Positions 36,990 through 45,643 of a stretch of DNA of 64,000 bases are shown here, in pieces. Where the stretch lies: the NCBI GenBank assembly GCA_964229335.1, contig CAXRCZ010000004.1:1-64000 (forward strand), written 5' to 3'. Position 1 is the first letter of the stretch. Each line of letters begins with the position of its first letter. Below the pieces are notes generated by a model. That model was given only the letters and a program-made list of their open reading frames with translations. It made no database searches and had not been told where the DNA came from. The position numbers and the translations under genes were made by a program. The stretch comes from Minisyncoccia bacterium. Lineage in GTDB: Bacteria > Patescibacteriota > Minisyncoccia > Phycocordibacterales > UBA918.

Positions 36990-39083
36990 ATGGCAGCAGC
37001 TAAGAAAGCATCAAAAAAAACTACTAAACAGAAAGGCTACGACGCTTCGTCGATTTCAGTGCTTGAAGGTCTCGATCCAGTACGAAAACGACCTGGGATG
37101 TATATCGGCACCACTGGACCGGATGGACTTCACCACCTTATATGGGAAGTTTTCGATAACTCTCGCGACGAAGCGATGGGTGGCTTTGCTGACCGAGTAG
37201 AAGTGACACTGCTGCCGGATAACTACATTCGAGTAGCTGATAATGGTCGTGGGATTCCAGTCGACACCCATAAACAGTCAGGTGTATCAGCACTCGAGAC
37301 CATCCTTACAACTCTTCATGCTGGTGGTAAATTTGGAGGAGATGAGTCAGGCTACAAAGTTTCCGGAGGGTTGCATGGTGTGGGAGTGTCGGTGGTAAAC
37401 GCATTGTCCACACACGTGATTGCTGAGGTGTATCGTGACGGAGGGTATTACGTTCAAGAGTATTCCATAGGAAAGGCTAAAGCCAAAGTGAAAAAAATCG
37501 GTCCATCAAAATCAACCGGAACTGTCATCACTTTCCAGGCCGATCCCGAAATCTTTAAAGAAATTGCGTACGATTACAAAAGAATCGTCAACCATTTACG
37601 ACAACAAGCCTACTTGGTAAAAGCTATGCGCCTTACCGTTATTGATGCACGAGACCTTGATGAGGATAAGCAAAACAATCTTGATTTAAAAGGGCAACAA
37701 TATGTAGACGAGCTCCATTTGCCGGTACCACACCAAACCTTCTACTTTGAAGGCGGACTCCGCTCACTGGTCGCTTTTAACAACACGTACCAAAAACCAA
37801 TTCACAAAAACATCTTTTATGTCGAGAAGCAGGATGTTAGTCCAGAAGTATTGGCGGTAGAGATAGCGCTGCAATATGTTGATGATATTTCTCCTCGCAT
37901 CACGGCCTTTGCTAACAATATTTATAACCCAGAGCACGGAACCCATGTGACTGGCTTTAAAACTGCCCTTACTCGAACACTAAATAACTACGCTAAGAAA
38001 GGAAACTTCTTCTCAGCAAAGGACAAAGATACTGCCTTTACTGGTGATGATGTGCTCGAAGGAATCACCGCTGTAATCTCAGTAAAAATGCCTGAGATTC
38101 AGTTCGAAGGACAAACCAAAGCCAAATTAGGTTCTGTCGAAGCTAGAAGCGCTACGGAATCAGTGTTTGGTGATGCGTTTAGCACTTACCTAGAAGAAAA
38201 TCCCGACGACGCCAAGGCCATCATCAATAAAGTTATTTTGGCAGTAAAAGCCCGCAAAGCAGCCAAGGCCGCAAAGGATAGTGTGCTGCGAAAAGGTGCA
38301 CTTGAAGGATTGTCACTCCCGGGTAAGCTGGCTGATTGTCAGAGTAAAAAAGCTGAAGATTCAGAACTCTTTATCGTGGAGGGGGACTCGGCTGGTGGTT
38401 CAGCCAAGATGGGTCGAGATCGAAAAACGCAAGCTGTCTTACCACTGCGAGGAAAAATATTGAACGTCGAGAGAGCTCGCATTGATAGGATGCTAGCGTC
38501 AGAACAAATAAAAAATCTAGTAATTGCTCTCGGTACGGCCATTGGAGACGTGTTTGATGAGTCAAAACTGCGTTATCACAAAATAATCATTGCAACTGAC
38601 GCGGATGTTGACGGAGCTCATATCCGGACCTTGTTACTTACATTGTTCTACCGCTATTTCCGACCACTAGTCGATGGAGGGTATATTTATATTGCCCAAC
38701 CACCTCTCTACAAGCTTACCAAGGGACGTGAGCTGCGGTACGTATATACAGAAGCCGAAAAACTAGCAGCCATCGAAGAAATGGGTGGAGTGATTATGAA
38801 TGCTGATGATAATACGACTGATGACGAAGACGAAGAAGAGGTTGTAGAAACTACAAAAAAAGGAGCTAACATCAACCAACAGCGCTACAAGGGTCTTGGT
38901 GAGATGAATGCTGAAGAGTTGTGGGAGACAACTATGAACAGAGAAAATCGTATCCTAAAACAAGTCAAAGTAGAGGATGCCCAAGCAGCTGACAAAGTGT
39001 TCGATATCTTGATGGGTACAGATGTGTCTAGCCGGAAGAGTTTCATCCAGAACAATGCAAAGCTGGCTAACTTAGATATCTAG
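36990..39083 (+). CDS. gyrB: DNA gyrase (type IIA topoisomerase) subunit B
   Basis: VRKRPGMYIG, DNGRGIP, SGGLHGVG, VEGDSAGG, PLRGKILN, TDADVDG, RYKGLGEMN. Confidence 0.94.
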   Translation: MAAAKKASKKTTKQKGYDASSISVLEGLDPVRKRPGMYIGTTGPDGLHHLIWEVFDNSRDEAMGGFADRVEVTLLPDNYIRVADNGRGIPVDTHKQSGVSALETILTTLHAGGKFGGDESGYKVSGGLHGVGVSVVNALSTHVIAEVYRDGGYYVQEYSIGKAKAKVKKIGPSKSTGTVITFQADPEIFKEIAYDYKRIVNHLRQQAYLVKAMRLTVIDARDLDEDKQNNLDLKGQQYVDELHLPVPHQTFYFEGGLRSLVAFNNTYQKPIHKNIFYVEKQDVSPEVLAVEIALQYVDDISPRITAFANNIYNPEHGTHVTGFKTALTRTLNNYAKKGNFFSAKDKDTAFTGDDVLEGITAVISVKMPEIQFEGQTKAKLGSVEARSATESVFGDAFSTYLEENPDDAKAIINKVILAVKARKAAKAAKDSVLRKGALEGLSLPGKLADCQSKKAEDSELFIVEGDSAGGSAKMGRDRKTQAVLPLRGKILNVERARIDRMLASEQIKNLVIALGTAIGDVFDESKLRYHKIIIATDADVDGAHIRTLLLTLFYRYFRPLVDGGYIYIAQPPLYKLTKGRELRYVYTEAEKLAAIEEMGGVIMNADDNTTDDEDEEEVVETTKKGANINQQRYKGLGEMNAEELWETTMNRENRILKQVKVEDAQAADKVFDILMGTDVSSRKSFIQNNAKLANLDI

Positions 39084-39089
39084 TACAGC

Positions 39090-39208
39090 TTAGACTGCCT
39101 ATTCCTGCACCGCATATTTCTCACACGGTCCGATGCTTTCCGTACTTCTATAGGCACGTACTCATTGCGGACGCTCAAATATGCCTTGCAGGCAAAGACA
39201 GCAGCCTA
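39090..39208. repeat. Long imperfect intergenic hairpin, possibly related to family B
   Basis: cctgcaccgcatattt...aaatatgccttgcagg with inner gtccg/cggac stem. Confidence 0.5.
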
Positions 39209-39239
39209 GGTGAATATCACAGCTAGTTTCTACCTCCTG

Positions 39240-40265
39240 CTACCGACTCACCGATACTTGTTTATAGAAGCTGTTGTTAGTGCTGTTGCTATCTGCACCA
39301 CTGTCGATGTGGGCTGTAAAATAGTGAGAATTAATGTCTTTGGTAGTAAAGCCAAGTGTGACAATACTGCGTTCATTTGGTTTCAGTGGGGTCTGTAGCG
39401 GAGAACGATGAGTATCACCGTTTGGTAGGGTAATAGTGTAATCCCAAGCCGTAGATGTTTTTGTGCCAGTGTTTTTGATTTCAAATTGTATTGCACCAGC
39501 TTCTTCTCGAGTCAGATTTCCACTTTTGAATTGACCGTTATGAATGCTACCTACATTAAGAAAGCGAATAGCTAAATCAGTGTGACCGCGTGGATCAGAT
39601 TGCGGGATTTGATATACGTATTTCACTGTCGGGGTGTGAGTGGTTGTTGGGGCAGGGGGCGTGGTGGTTGTCGTAGTTTCCTCCTCTTCCACCACCTCTT
39701 CGTCTGCTACCGCCAAGACATCATTATTTACGACAGTAATAATAGAAGTCGAAGCCAATTTTTCTGCGGCGGTGTCGCGTGGAGTGAAGGTTACCGTGTA
39801 TCCAATATCGGCAGCTTCTGCTTCTGAAACAAACTCTACCTCAAGCGATGTCTCCTCACCTATGTTATAGATTTCGTCACATTCTAGTGTTTGAGGCTCG
39901 TTGTTGATATACGCAGCTTGTAAAGCCACTCCATCCTTACAGTCATACACAAAGGTGTAAGTACCAGGTTGATTGACCGGTTCCCAAGAGAGAACAGTTG
40001 CTTGTCCGCTTTGTAGAGGGTCTGGTGTATTGAGGACAAGCGTTGTGGGTTCTTCCATTGGTACTTCCTCCTCATCAAGCGAGTCTTCGTAATTGGCTAT
40101 ATCATCGGCGAGGGAAGCCAGTTGTGAAAAACCAGTTGGTGCCCATGAGACGAATAGAATGGTAAGCCAAGCAATTACCACAATCGCTGCAATCACACCG
40201 GCTAGTGCTAGTAAACGCATTACGTTCTCTTTATCAGTATTGACAGTGTTATTCATATTCAGCAT
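39240..40265 (-). CDS. Membrane-anchored extracellular protein with Ig/CARDB-like C-domain
   Basis: N-terminal TM; DLAI..FEIKNTGT..LKPNE..IDSG..SNSTNN. Confidence 0.6.
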   Translation of the reverse strand: MLNMNNTVNTDKENVMRLLALAGVIAAIVVIAWLTILFVSWAPTGFSQLASLADDIANYEDSLDEEEVPMEEPTTLVLNTPDPLQSGQATVLSWEPVNQPGTYTFVYDCKDGVALQAAYINNEPQTLECDEIYNIGEETSLEVEFVSEAEAADIGYTVTFTPRDTAAEKLASTSIITVVNNDVLAVADEEVVEEEETTTTTTPPAPTTTHTPTVKYVYQIPQSDPRGHTDLAIRFLNVGSIHNGQFKSGNLTREEAGAIQFEIKNTGTKTSTAWDYTITLPNGDTHRSPLQTPLKPNERSIVTLGFTTKDINSHYFTAHIDSGADSNSTNNSFYKQVSVSR

Positions 40266-40381
40266 AATACACAGAACCTGGGTTTTGTCAATCTCAAAAT
40301 AGCTTTGCTAGAAAGGCCTAGTGTAGATTGACTTTTCTTTTAAATAATGCTATAGTTTAATTATCTGAGACAATTTTACTT

Positions 40382-41041
40382 ATGTCAAAAGCCAATTTCA
40401 AACAAAAAATAGACACGCTAATCGACCATAAATTTACCTTTCTAGGTGTTTTTTTTGTGGTTTTTCTACTCAGCTATCTTTTCTTAGTTGCAATTGACTT
40501 TGTACCTGAGCCTAAAGTTGCGTCAGTCGATACTTCAGATATCGAAATCGCAGATGAATTAGATATTACTGATGCACCAGTCGTTGATGAGGCTGTGCTC
40601 GCAGAGCCAACAATGATTTATATTGAAAAGCTTGATCGGGAAGTGGTGGTACTAAATCCAACCTCTCGTGCTATTGCAGATTTAGACGAAGCTTTACTTG
40701 AAGGGGTGGTGCGACATCCTGACTCAGCCTTGTTGGGTCAAGAAGGAAACGTATTTTTACTTGGCCATTCTAGCTACTTGCCGAATGTGTTTAACGAAAA
40801 CTTCCAAGCTTTTAATGGTATTCAAAATCTTGAGTGGGGTGATGAGATTGTAGTACGTGGAGCGAGTGAAGAATTTATCTACCGCGTTGACCGCGTATAT
40901 AAAGCGACCGCTGATGACGCTACTATTGTGCCAATTACTGGTGTAGGGAAACGACTGACATTAGCAACCTGTGATAGCTTCGGCTCTATTACTGACCGGT
41001 TTATTGTAGAAGCTACCCAAGTCAGGGTAAATACCTTATAA
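40382..41041 (+). CDS. Sortase
   Basis: N-terminal TM; GNVFLLGHSS, LTLATC and R catalytic residues. Confidence 0.88.
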   Translation: MSKANFKQKIDTLIDHKFTFLGVFFVVFLLSYLFLVAIDFVPEPKVASVDTSDIEIADELDITDAPVVDEAVLAEPTMIYIEKLDREVVVLNPTSRAIADLDEALLEGVVRHPDSALLGQEGNVFLLGHSSYLPNVFNENFQAFNGIQNLEWGDEIVVRGASEEFIYRVDRVYKATADDATIVPITGVGKRLTLATCDSFGSITDRFIVEATQVRVNTL

Positions 41042-41271
41042 ATAAGTAGTAGGAATAGACTACTAATAGTTGACAAAACTTATTTTTTGGTCTATACTCT
41101 TGATAATTAGTTCCCATAACCAGAACAATGCTTCTGGTGGTTCTCTTCAATAAAGATTATATCTACCCGAATTTCGCGCCGTCGGGTGTGTTTTCGTAAC
41201 ATTAATTACTCTTGCGTATTGAGAAAGTAGGTGGGAGTATCGATTTTATGAAACTTAATTATAAAAATAAT

Positions 41272-43128
41272 ATGAACAAACTTAGAAAGTCTACACATAT
41301 TGCAGTAGCTGTTTTTGCAATTACAGCCATTGTATATGCTCCGTATGCCACTATTGCAGAAATGGTATCACCACAACCGGTTTCGGCACAAAGTCCAGCT
41401 GAAATAATGCTGGCTAACATGCAAAATGGTGGCGGTGCAGCTGCTGCTTCAAGCGCTGCTGCTAGTGCAGGTTCAACAAGTGCTGCTGCCGGTTCAGCCG
41501 CAGCCGCCGGCTCAGGTGCCGCAGCTGCTTCTGGAGCTGCCGCCTCAACTGGTTCTAGTAATCAAGGTTCAGGTGGAGCCGCTGCAGCCGCTGGTTCAGC
41601 CGCAGCCGCCGGCTCAGGTGCCGCAGCTGCTTCTGGAGCTGCCGCTTCTGCTGGTAGTGGTGCGTCCGCTAGTGCGGGAGCCTCCGCTGGTAGCGGAGCT
41701 TCAGCTGGAGCGAGCGCTGGATCAGGATCTGGTTCTTCATCCTCAACCTGTGTCATCAATGCAAGTAATACTACAGTGACCTATGGAGGAAGTACTACGC
41801 TGAATTGGGATGCTCCTGGCTATACTTCAATTACTATTAACGGAGACACTGTTTCTTCTGAATCTGGATCATTTACTGTTCGAGATATCACCACTACTCG
41901 TACTTACACCATTACTGCAGTCGCTGAAAGTTCATCTTGTAGCAGCAGCGTAACCATTATTTGTCTACCAGACGATGATGATGGATGTCGAAACGACTGT
42001 CCTACTCCAGACCCAGTCTTTACTTGTGCTAACAATGTTGATTTCTGGGCTAGCGACACTTCTATCGATGAAGGTGATCGCATAACTCTAAATTGGGACG
42101 TCGATCACGCTGATTCGGTATACATAAGCCGAATTAACCGAACTAGTTTCTCAGGTAGCGAATCTGTTCGACCAACTCGTGATACCACCTACACTCTCAC
42201 TGCTACCAAAGGTAGCCGAACCATCAACTGTCCAGTCTATGTAAATGTAGACGAAGACCGTGATGATAGAGACCGTGACCGTGATAATGATCGTGATCGA
42301 TATTCTCTACGTTGTGATCTTGATATTTCTGACCGAACCATCAAGCGTGGTGACACAATCCGACTAAGTTGGGATACTCGTGACGGACGAGACGTGACCA
42401 TTGAAGATGATCGTGGAAGAACTGTAGTCCGAAATGCTGATGATGAAGGATCAATCCGACTACGACCAACCCGTGACACTGAATACACTTTGATTGTTGA
42501 ACGAGGTTCAGATGATCGTGAATGTTCTGTAGAAGTAGAAGTAGAAGGAGGAGACGAAGTATTCGTCACTGAGATTCGTGACCAAAAACCACTAGTAGCC
42601 GGTATTGCTCTTAGTCAAGTACCTTACACTGGTTTTGAAGCTGGTCCGTTTATGACCTTCCTATTTTACGCAGCGCTGGTAGCTTGGGCAGCTTACATGG
42701 CTTACTTGCTAGTAGTACGTAAGCGAACTGTAGCTGGTCCTAGTGCTCACTTGGCTACTCCATCTACTATTGATGAGATTCCTAGTGGATCTACCCATCA
42801 AGGAATCAAAAGCATGGAAGCTGCCACGATTGCTCGACCTGATGTATTTCACTCAACAGCAACTCCTGAGGTGGCCGAATCTGGTGTGCCAAGCAATCTT
42901 CCGACCGGAACCATCGAAAACTTAGTGACTGACTTGGAAAACCGAGCGCACGCTCAAAAAGCCTTGCTTTCAAGCGACGCTTTGCAACACTTCCTTTCTG
43001 TTACAGAAGGAGAGGTAGCACGCCACGAATTACTTGATCAAGTGATTACCATGGCTAAGCAAAACTATCCTCTAGAAGATGGTTGGGTAGTGCTGAACGA
43101 AGACCGAATCAAAAATATTTTGAACTAA
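41272..43128 (+). CDS. Probable sortase substrate: Ala/Ser/Gly repeats, Ig-like repeats, VPYTG sorting signal and cytoplasmic tail
   Basis: Signal peptide; three repeats of pattern .G...TL.W...G...V.P..DT.YTL; SQVPYTG-TM-RKR; start could be 41248. Confidence 0.75.
   Translation: MNKLRKSTHIAVAVFAITAIVYAPYATIAEMVSPQPVSAQSPAEIMLANMQNGGGAAAASSAAASAGSTSAAAGSAAAAGSGAAAASGAAASTGSSNQGSGGAAAAAGSAAAAGSGAAAASGAAASAGSGASASAGASAGSGASAGASAGSGSGSSSSTCVINASNTTVTYGGSTTLNWDAPGYTSITINGDTVSSESGSFTVRDITTTRTYTITAVAESSSCSSSVTIICLPDDDDGCRNDCPTPDPVFTCANNVDFWASDTSIDEGDRITLNWDVDHADSVYISRINRTSFSGSESVRPTRDTTYTLTATKGSRTINCPVYVNVDEDRDDRDRDRDNDRDRYSLRCDLDISDRTIKRGDTIRLSWDTRDGRDVTIEDDRGRTVVRNADDEGSIRLRPTRDTEYTLIVERGSDDRECSVEVEVEGGDEVFVTEIRDQKPLVAGIALSQVPYTGFEAGPFMTFLFYAALVAWAAYMAYLLVVRKRTVAGPSAHLATPSTIDEIPSGSTHQGIKSMEAATIARPDVFHSTATPEVAESGVPSNLPTGTIENLVTDLENRAHAQKALLSSDALQHFLSVTEGEVARHELLDQVITMAKQNYPLEDGWVVLNEDRIKNILN
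41491..41645 (+). repeat. 53-bp identical direct repeat within the Ala/Ser/Gly region
   Basis: 41491-41543 identical to 41593-41645 (offset 102 nt, in frame). Confidence 0.85.
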
Positions 43129-43140
43129 TCCGTTAGTTCT

Positions 43141-43180
43141 TACCAAAAACGCCGCGCTCTAGAGCGCGGCGTTTTTGGTA
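43141..43180. terminator. 40-bp perfect palindrome, bidirectional terminator
   Basis: taccaaaaacgccgcgctct|agagcgcggcgtttttggta between convergent genes. Confidence 0.85.
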
Positions 43181-43196
43181 GCTACTCTATGTAGCA

Positions 43197-44954
43197 TTAC
43201 TGGCGAGTTTCTTCTGTAAACTTGTTCACTGCGTCTGCAACGGTCATTTCTTTAGATTCTTCTCCAGTGCGTGATTCTACAGTAATGGTTCCATCAGCCA
43301 TTTCCTTATCACCGACAACAATAAAGTATGGCAATTTGGCGGTCTTTACCTTGCGGATTTTTTTACCCATACTTTCGTCTGAGTCATCAAGCTCTACGCG
43401 AATATCTGCCGCTTGTAGAGCTTTGACAACTTCCTCTGCGTACTCACGGTGACTTTCTGCTACAGGGATTACTCGCATCTGGACTGGTGAGAGCCATAGT
43501 GGGAATGCTCCGGCATAGTGCTCAATCATTATCGCCATAAAACGTTCCAGAGAACCAGCCACTGCGCGGTGAATCATCACTGGAGTTTGTTTGCTCCCGT
43601 CCTTATCGGTGTATTCGAGATTAAATCGTTTAGGCATAACGAAATCTATTTGGATAGTCGCTAATTGGCGCTCACGTCCTAGCGCATCAGTAAACATAAA
43701 GTCTAACTTTGGCCCATAAAACGCCGCTTCGCCCTCCATGCGAGTAGCATTGAGGTTCATATCGTCTGATACTTCTTGCAGGTACTGTTCGGCTTCGTTC
43801 CAGCTAGCTTCATCTCCCAAATATTTTTCAGGAGTCTGTGGATCACGGACTGAAAGTGATACCCAAAATGTCTCACCTTCCTGCCAAAGGTCAAACTTGG
43901 TGTAAAACTCTTTAATGATATTTACAATCGTAACCGCTTCTTCTTTGATTTGATCCTTTCGACAAAATACATGTGCGTCGTCAATCGCAATTGAGCGTAC
44001 TCTTCCTAGTCCGGCCAGTTGTCCAGGTTTTTCGTCGCGGTACATATGCGTCACTTCTGCCATCTTGATTGGCAAATCACGGTAACTGCGCGGTGAAGAA
44101 GTGTAGATTTGTGTGTGATGCGGGCAATTCATTGGTTTCATCACAAAATCATCACCACTCTGGGCACCGTGTACATAGAAGAATTCATCTTTAAACTTTT
44201 CAGCGTGTCCGCTGGTGTTGTAGAGATCAATTTTAGTAATGTGTGGGATTTCTACTTTTTGATAGCCTTGCTTCTTTGACAAATCCCACAAGAGATCCTT
44301 TATCGCCTCTCTCATCAATTGGCCTTTGGGTGTATATAGTGGTAAGCCGGGACCAACTAACTCAGAAAAAGTGAACAAGTCGAGTTCTTTACCAATTTTT
44401 CGATGATCTCGCTTTCTAGCTTCTTCAACTTGTAGTTCGTATGCTTCTAAGTCCTCTTTGCTAGCAAAGGCTAAGCCGTAAATACGGGTTAGCATGGGAT
44501 TGTCTTCACTTCCTCTCCAATAGGCACCAGCAATGCGATCAAGTTTGAAGGCTGTAGGGTCGAGTTCTTGTTTTGGATGCTCACAGTGTCCGCCGCGACA
44601 TAAATCAGTGAAATCACCACAGGTATACAGAGTGATTGACTCACCCTTGGCTGCTATTTCCTCTATGAGTTCAAGTTTGTACGGATTACCTTTGTATAGT
44701 TCAGCTGCCTCGTCTTTGGAAACTTCACGATGAGTAAACTCGTCCCATTTGTTGAGGAGTTTTTTCATGGTCTTTTGAAGATTTTTTAAATCTGCTTCTC
44801 CTGGCGCATCTCCATCAGCGAAATCTATATCATAATAAAAGCCAGTTTCGATTGCTGGACCAAGGGTTAGTTTGGCCTTTGGGTAGTGTTCCAGCACAGC
44901 TGCAGCCAGCAGGTGAGCTAGGGTATGACGTTTATGTTCTAGTTGTGTTTCCAT
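43197..44954 (-). CDS. thrS: Threonine-tRNA ligase (no N-terminal TGS domain)
   Basis: RHTLAHLLA, DLCRGGH, RDHRKIG, KPMNCP, GEAAFYGPKLD, IHRA..GSLERF. Confidence 0.97.
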   Translation of the reverse strand: METQLEHKRHTLAHLLAAAVLEHYPKAKLTLGPAIETGFYYDIDFADGDAPGEADLKNLQKTMKKLLNKWDEFTHREVSKDEAAELYKGNPYKLELIEEIAAKGESITLYTCGDFTDLCRGGHCEHPKQELDPTAFKLDRIAGAYWRGSEDNPMLTRIYGLAFASKEDLEAYELQVEEARKRDHRKIGKELDLFTFSELVGPGLPLYTPKGQLMREAIKDLLWDLSKKQGYQKVEIPHITKIDLYNTSGHAEKFKDEFFYVHGAQSGDDFVMKPMNCPHHTQIYTSSPRSYRDLPIKMAEVTHMYRDEKPGQLAGLGRVRSIAIDDAHVFCRKDQIKEEAVTIVNIIKEFYTKFDLWQEGETFWVSLSVRDPQTPEKYLGDEASWNEAEQYLQEVSDDMNLNATRMEGEAAFYGPKLDFMFTDALGRERQLATIQIDFVMPKRFNLEYTDKDGSKQTPVMIHRAVAGSLERFMAIMIEHYAGAFPLWLSPVQMRVIPVAESHREYAEEVVKALQAADIRVELDDSDESMGKKIRKVKTAKLPYFIVVGDKEMADGTITVESRTGEESKEMTVADAVNKFTEETRQ

Positions 44955-45140
44955 AAGGTGTAATTAAATTGCCCGCGCAAAAACAAGAGGCTTCTTGTTT
45001 TTGCGCGGGCGATCTACGCCGCGGTTCCACCGCGCTTCCGAGCTAGTACTCGGCACTCATAATTTCAGATTAGGGAGCATGCTCCGCCTAGCCACAAATC
45101 GGCAAGCTAATGGTTGGTAGCCACTACAATCTCTGATATG
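44955..45140 (-). ncRNA. Compact T-box riboswitch upstream of thrS
   Basis: Minus strand AAGCGCGGTGGAACCGCG; antiterminator GCGCGG-UGGAACC-GCG...CGC-CCGCGC; competing 18-bp hairpin 44971-45010; ACC triplets near the 5' end. Confidence 0.8.
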
Positions 45141-45142
45141 TA

Positions 45143-45171
45143 AATCGTATAGGGGGGAGTGAGATTTGTCA
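45143..45171 (-). promoter_or_regulatory. Sigma70-type promoter for the thrS leader
   Basis: TTGACA-17 nt-TACGAT on the minus strand. Confidence 0.65.
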
Positions 45172-45227
45172 AAAGGAAAACCGCGTCATGTGAAGACGCG
45201 GTTGACCTATATTGTGTATAGGTTTCC

Positions 45228-45596
45228 TCATTTAAACCAAATATCGTGTACGACACAGGGTCCGATAATGAAGCCTGGAATATTATCGGCACCATCCACG
45301 ACTAACTGCGAGAACCCAAGTTGACAAGGTTTTCCTTTCTTGATTTTAACTAGTTTAAGTTTTGGTTCAATCTGTTCGAACAAAATTTTCTCTATTTGCT
45401 CAGTTACTGAGACTTGATTTGAGAAGTCCAATTCTACTTTTATAGGATTGAGATCACTCTCGGAAAGTAGTATATGTGGATGGTTTCCTTGAAAAAGAAC
45501 AATTCTCTCACCATTTGATCTTGAAAATGAGAGTAAAATATGTGCCGAACTCCTGGTGGATAAGACGAGTCGTGGTGAACTTAGAATTATAGACAT
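45228..45596 (-). CDS. Hypothetical protein
   Basis: 122-aa ORF with SD-like GGAAGGA and a downstream hairpin at 45179-45203; no recognisable motif. Confidence 0.5.
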   Translation of the reverse strand: MSIILSSPRLVLSTRSSAHILLSFSRSNGERIVLFQGNHPHILLSESDLNPIKVELDFSNQVSVTEQIEKILFEQIEPKLKLVKIKKGKPCQLGFSQLVVDGADNIPGFIIGPCVVHDIWFK

Positions 45597-45643
45597 TACT
45601 AAATCCTTCCAAAAATGGCGATTGTGAATCGATACTAGCTAAA

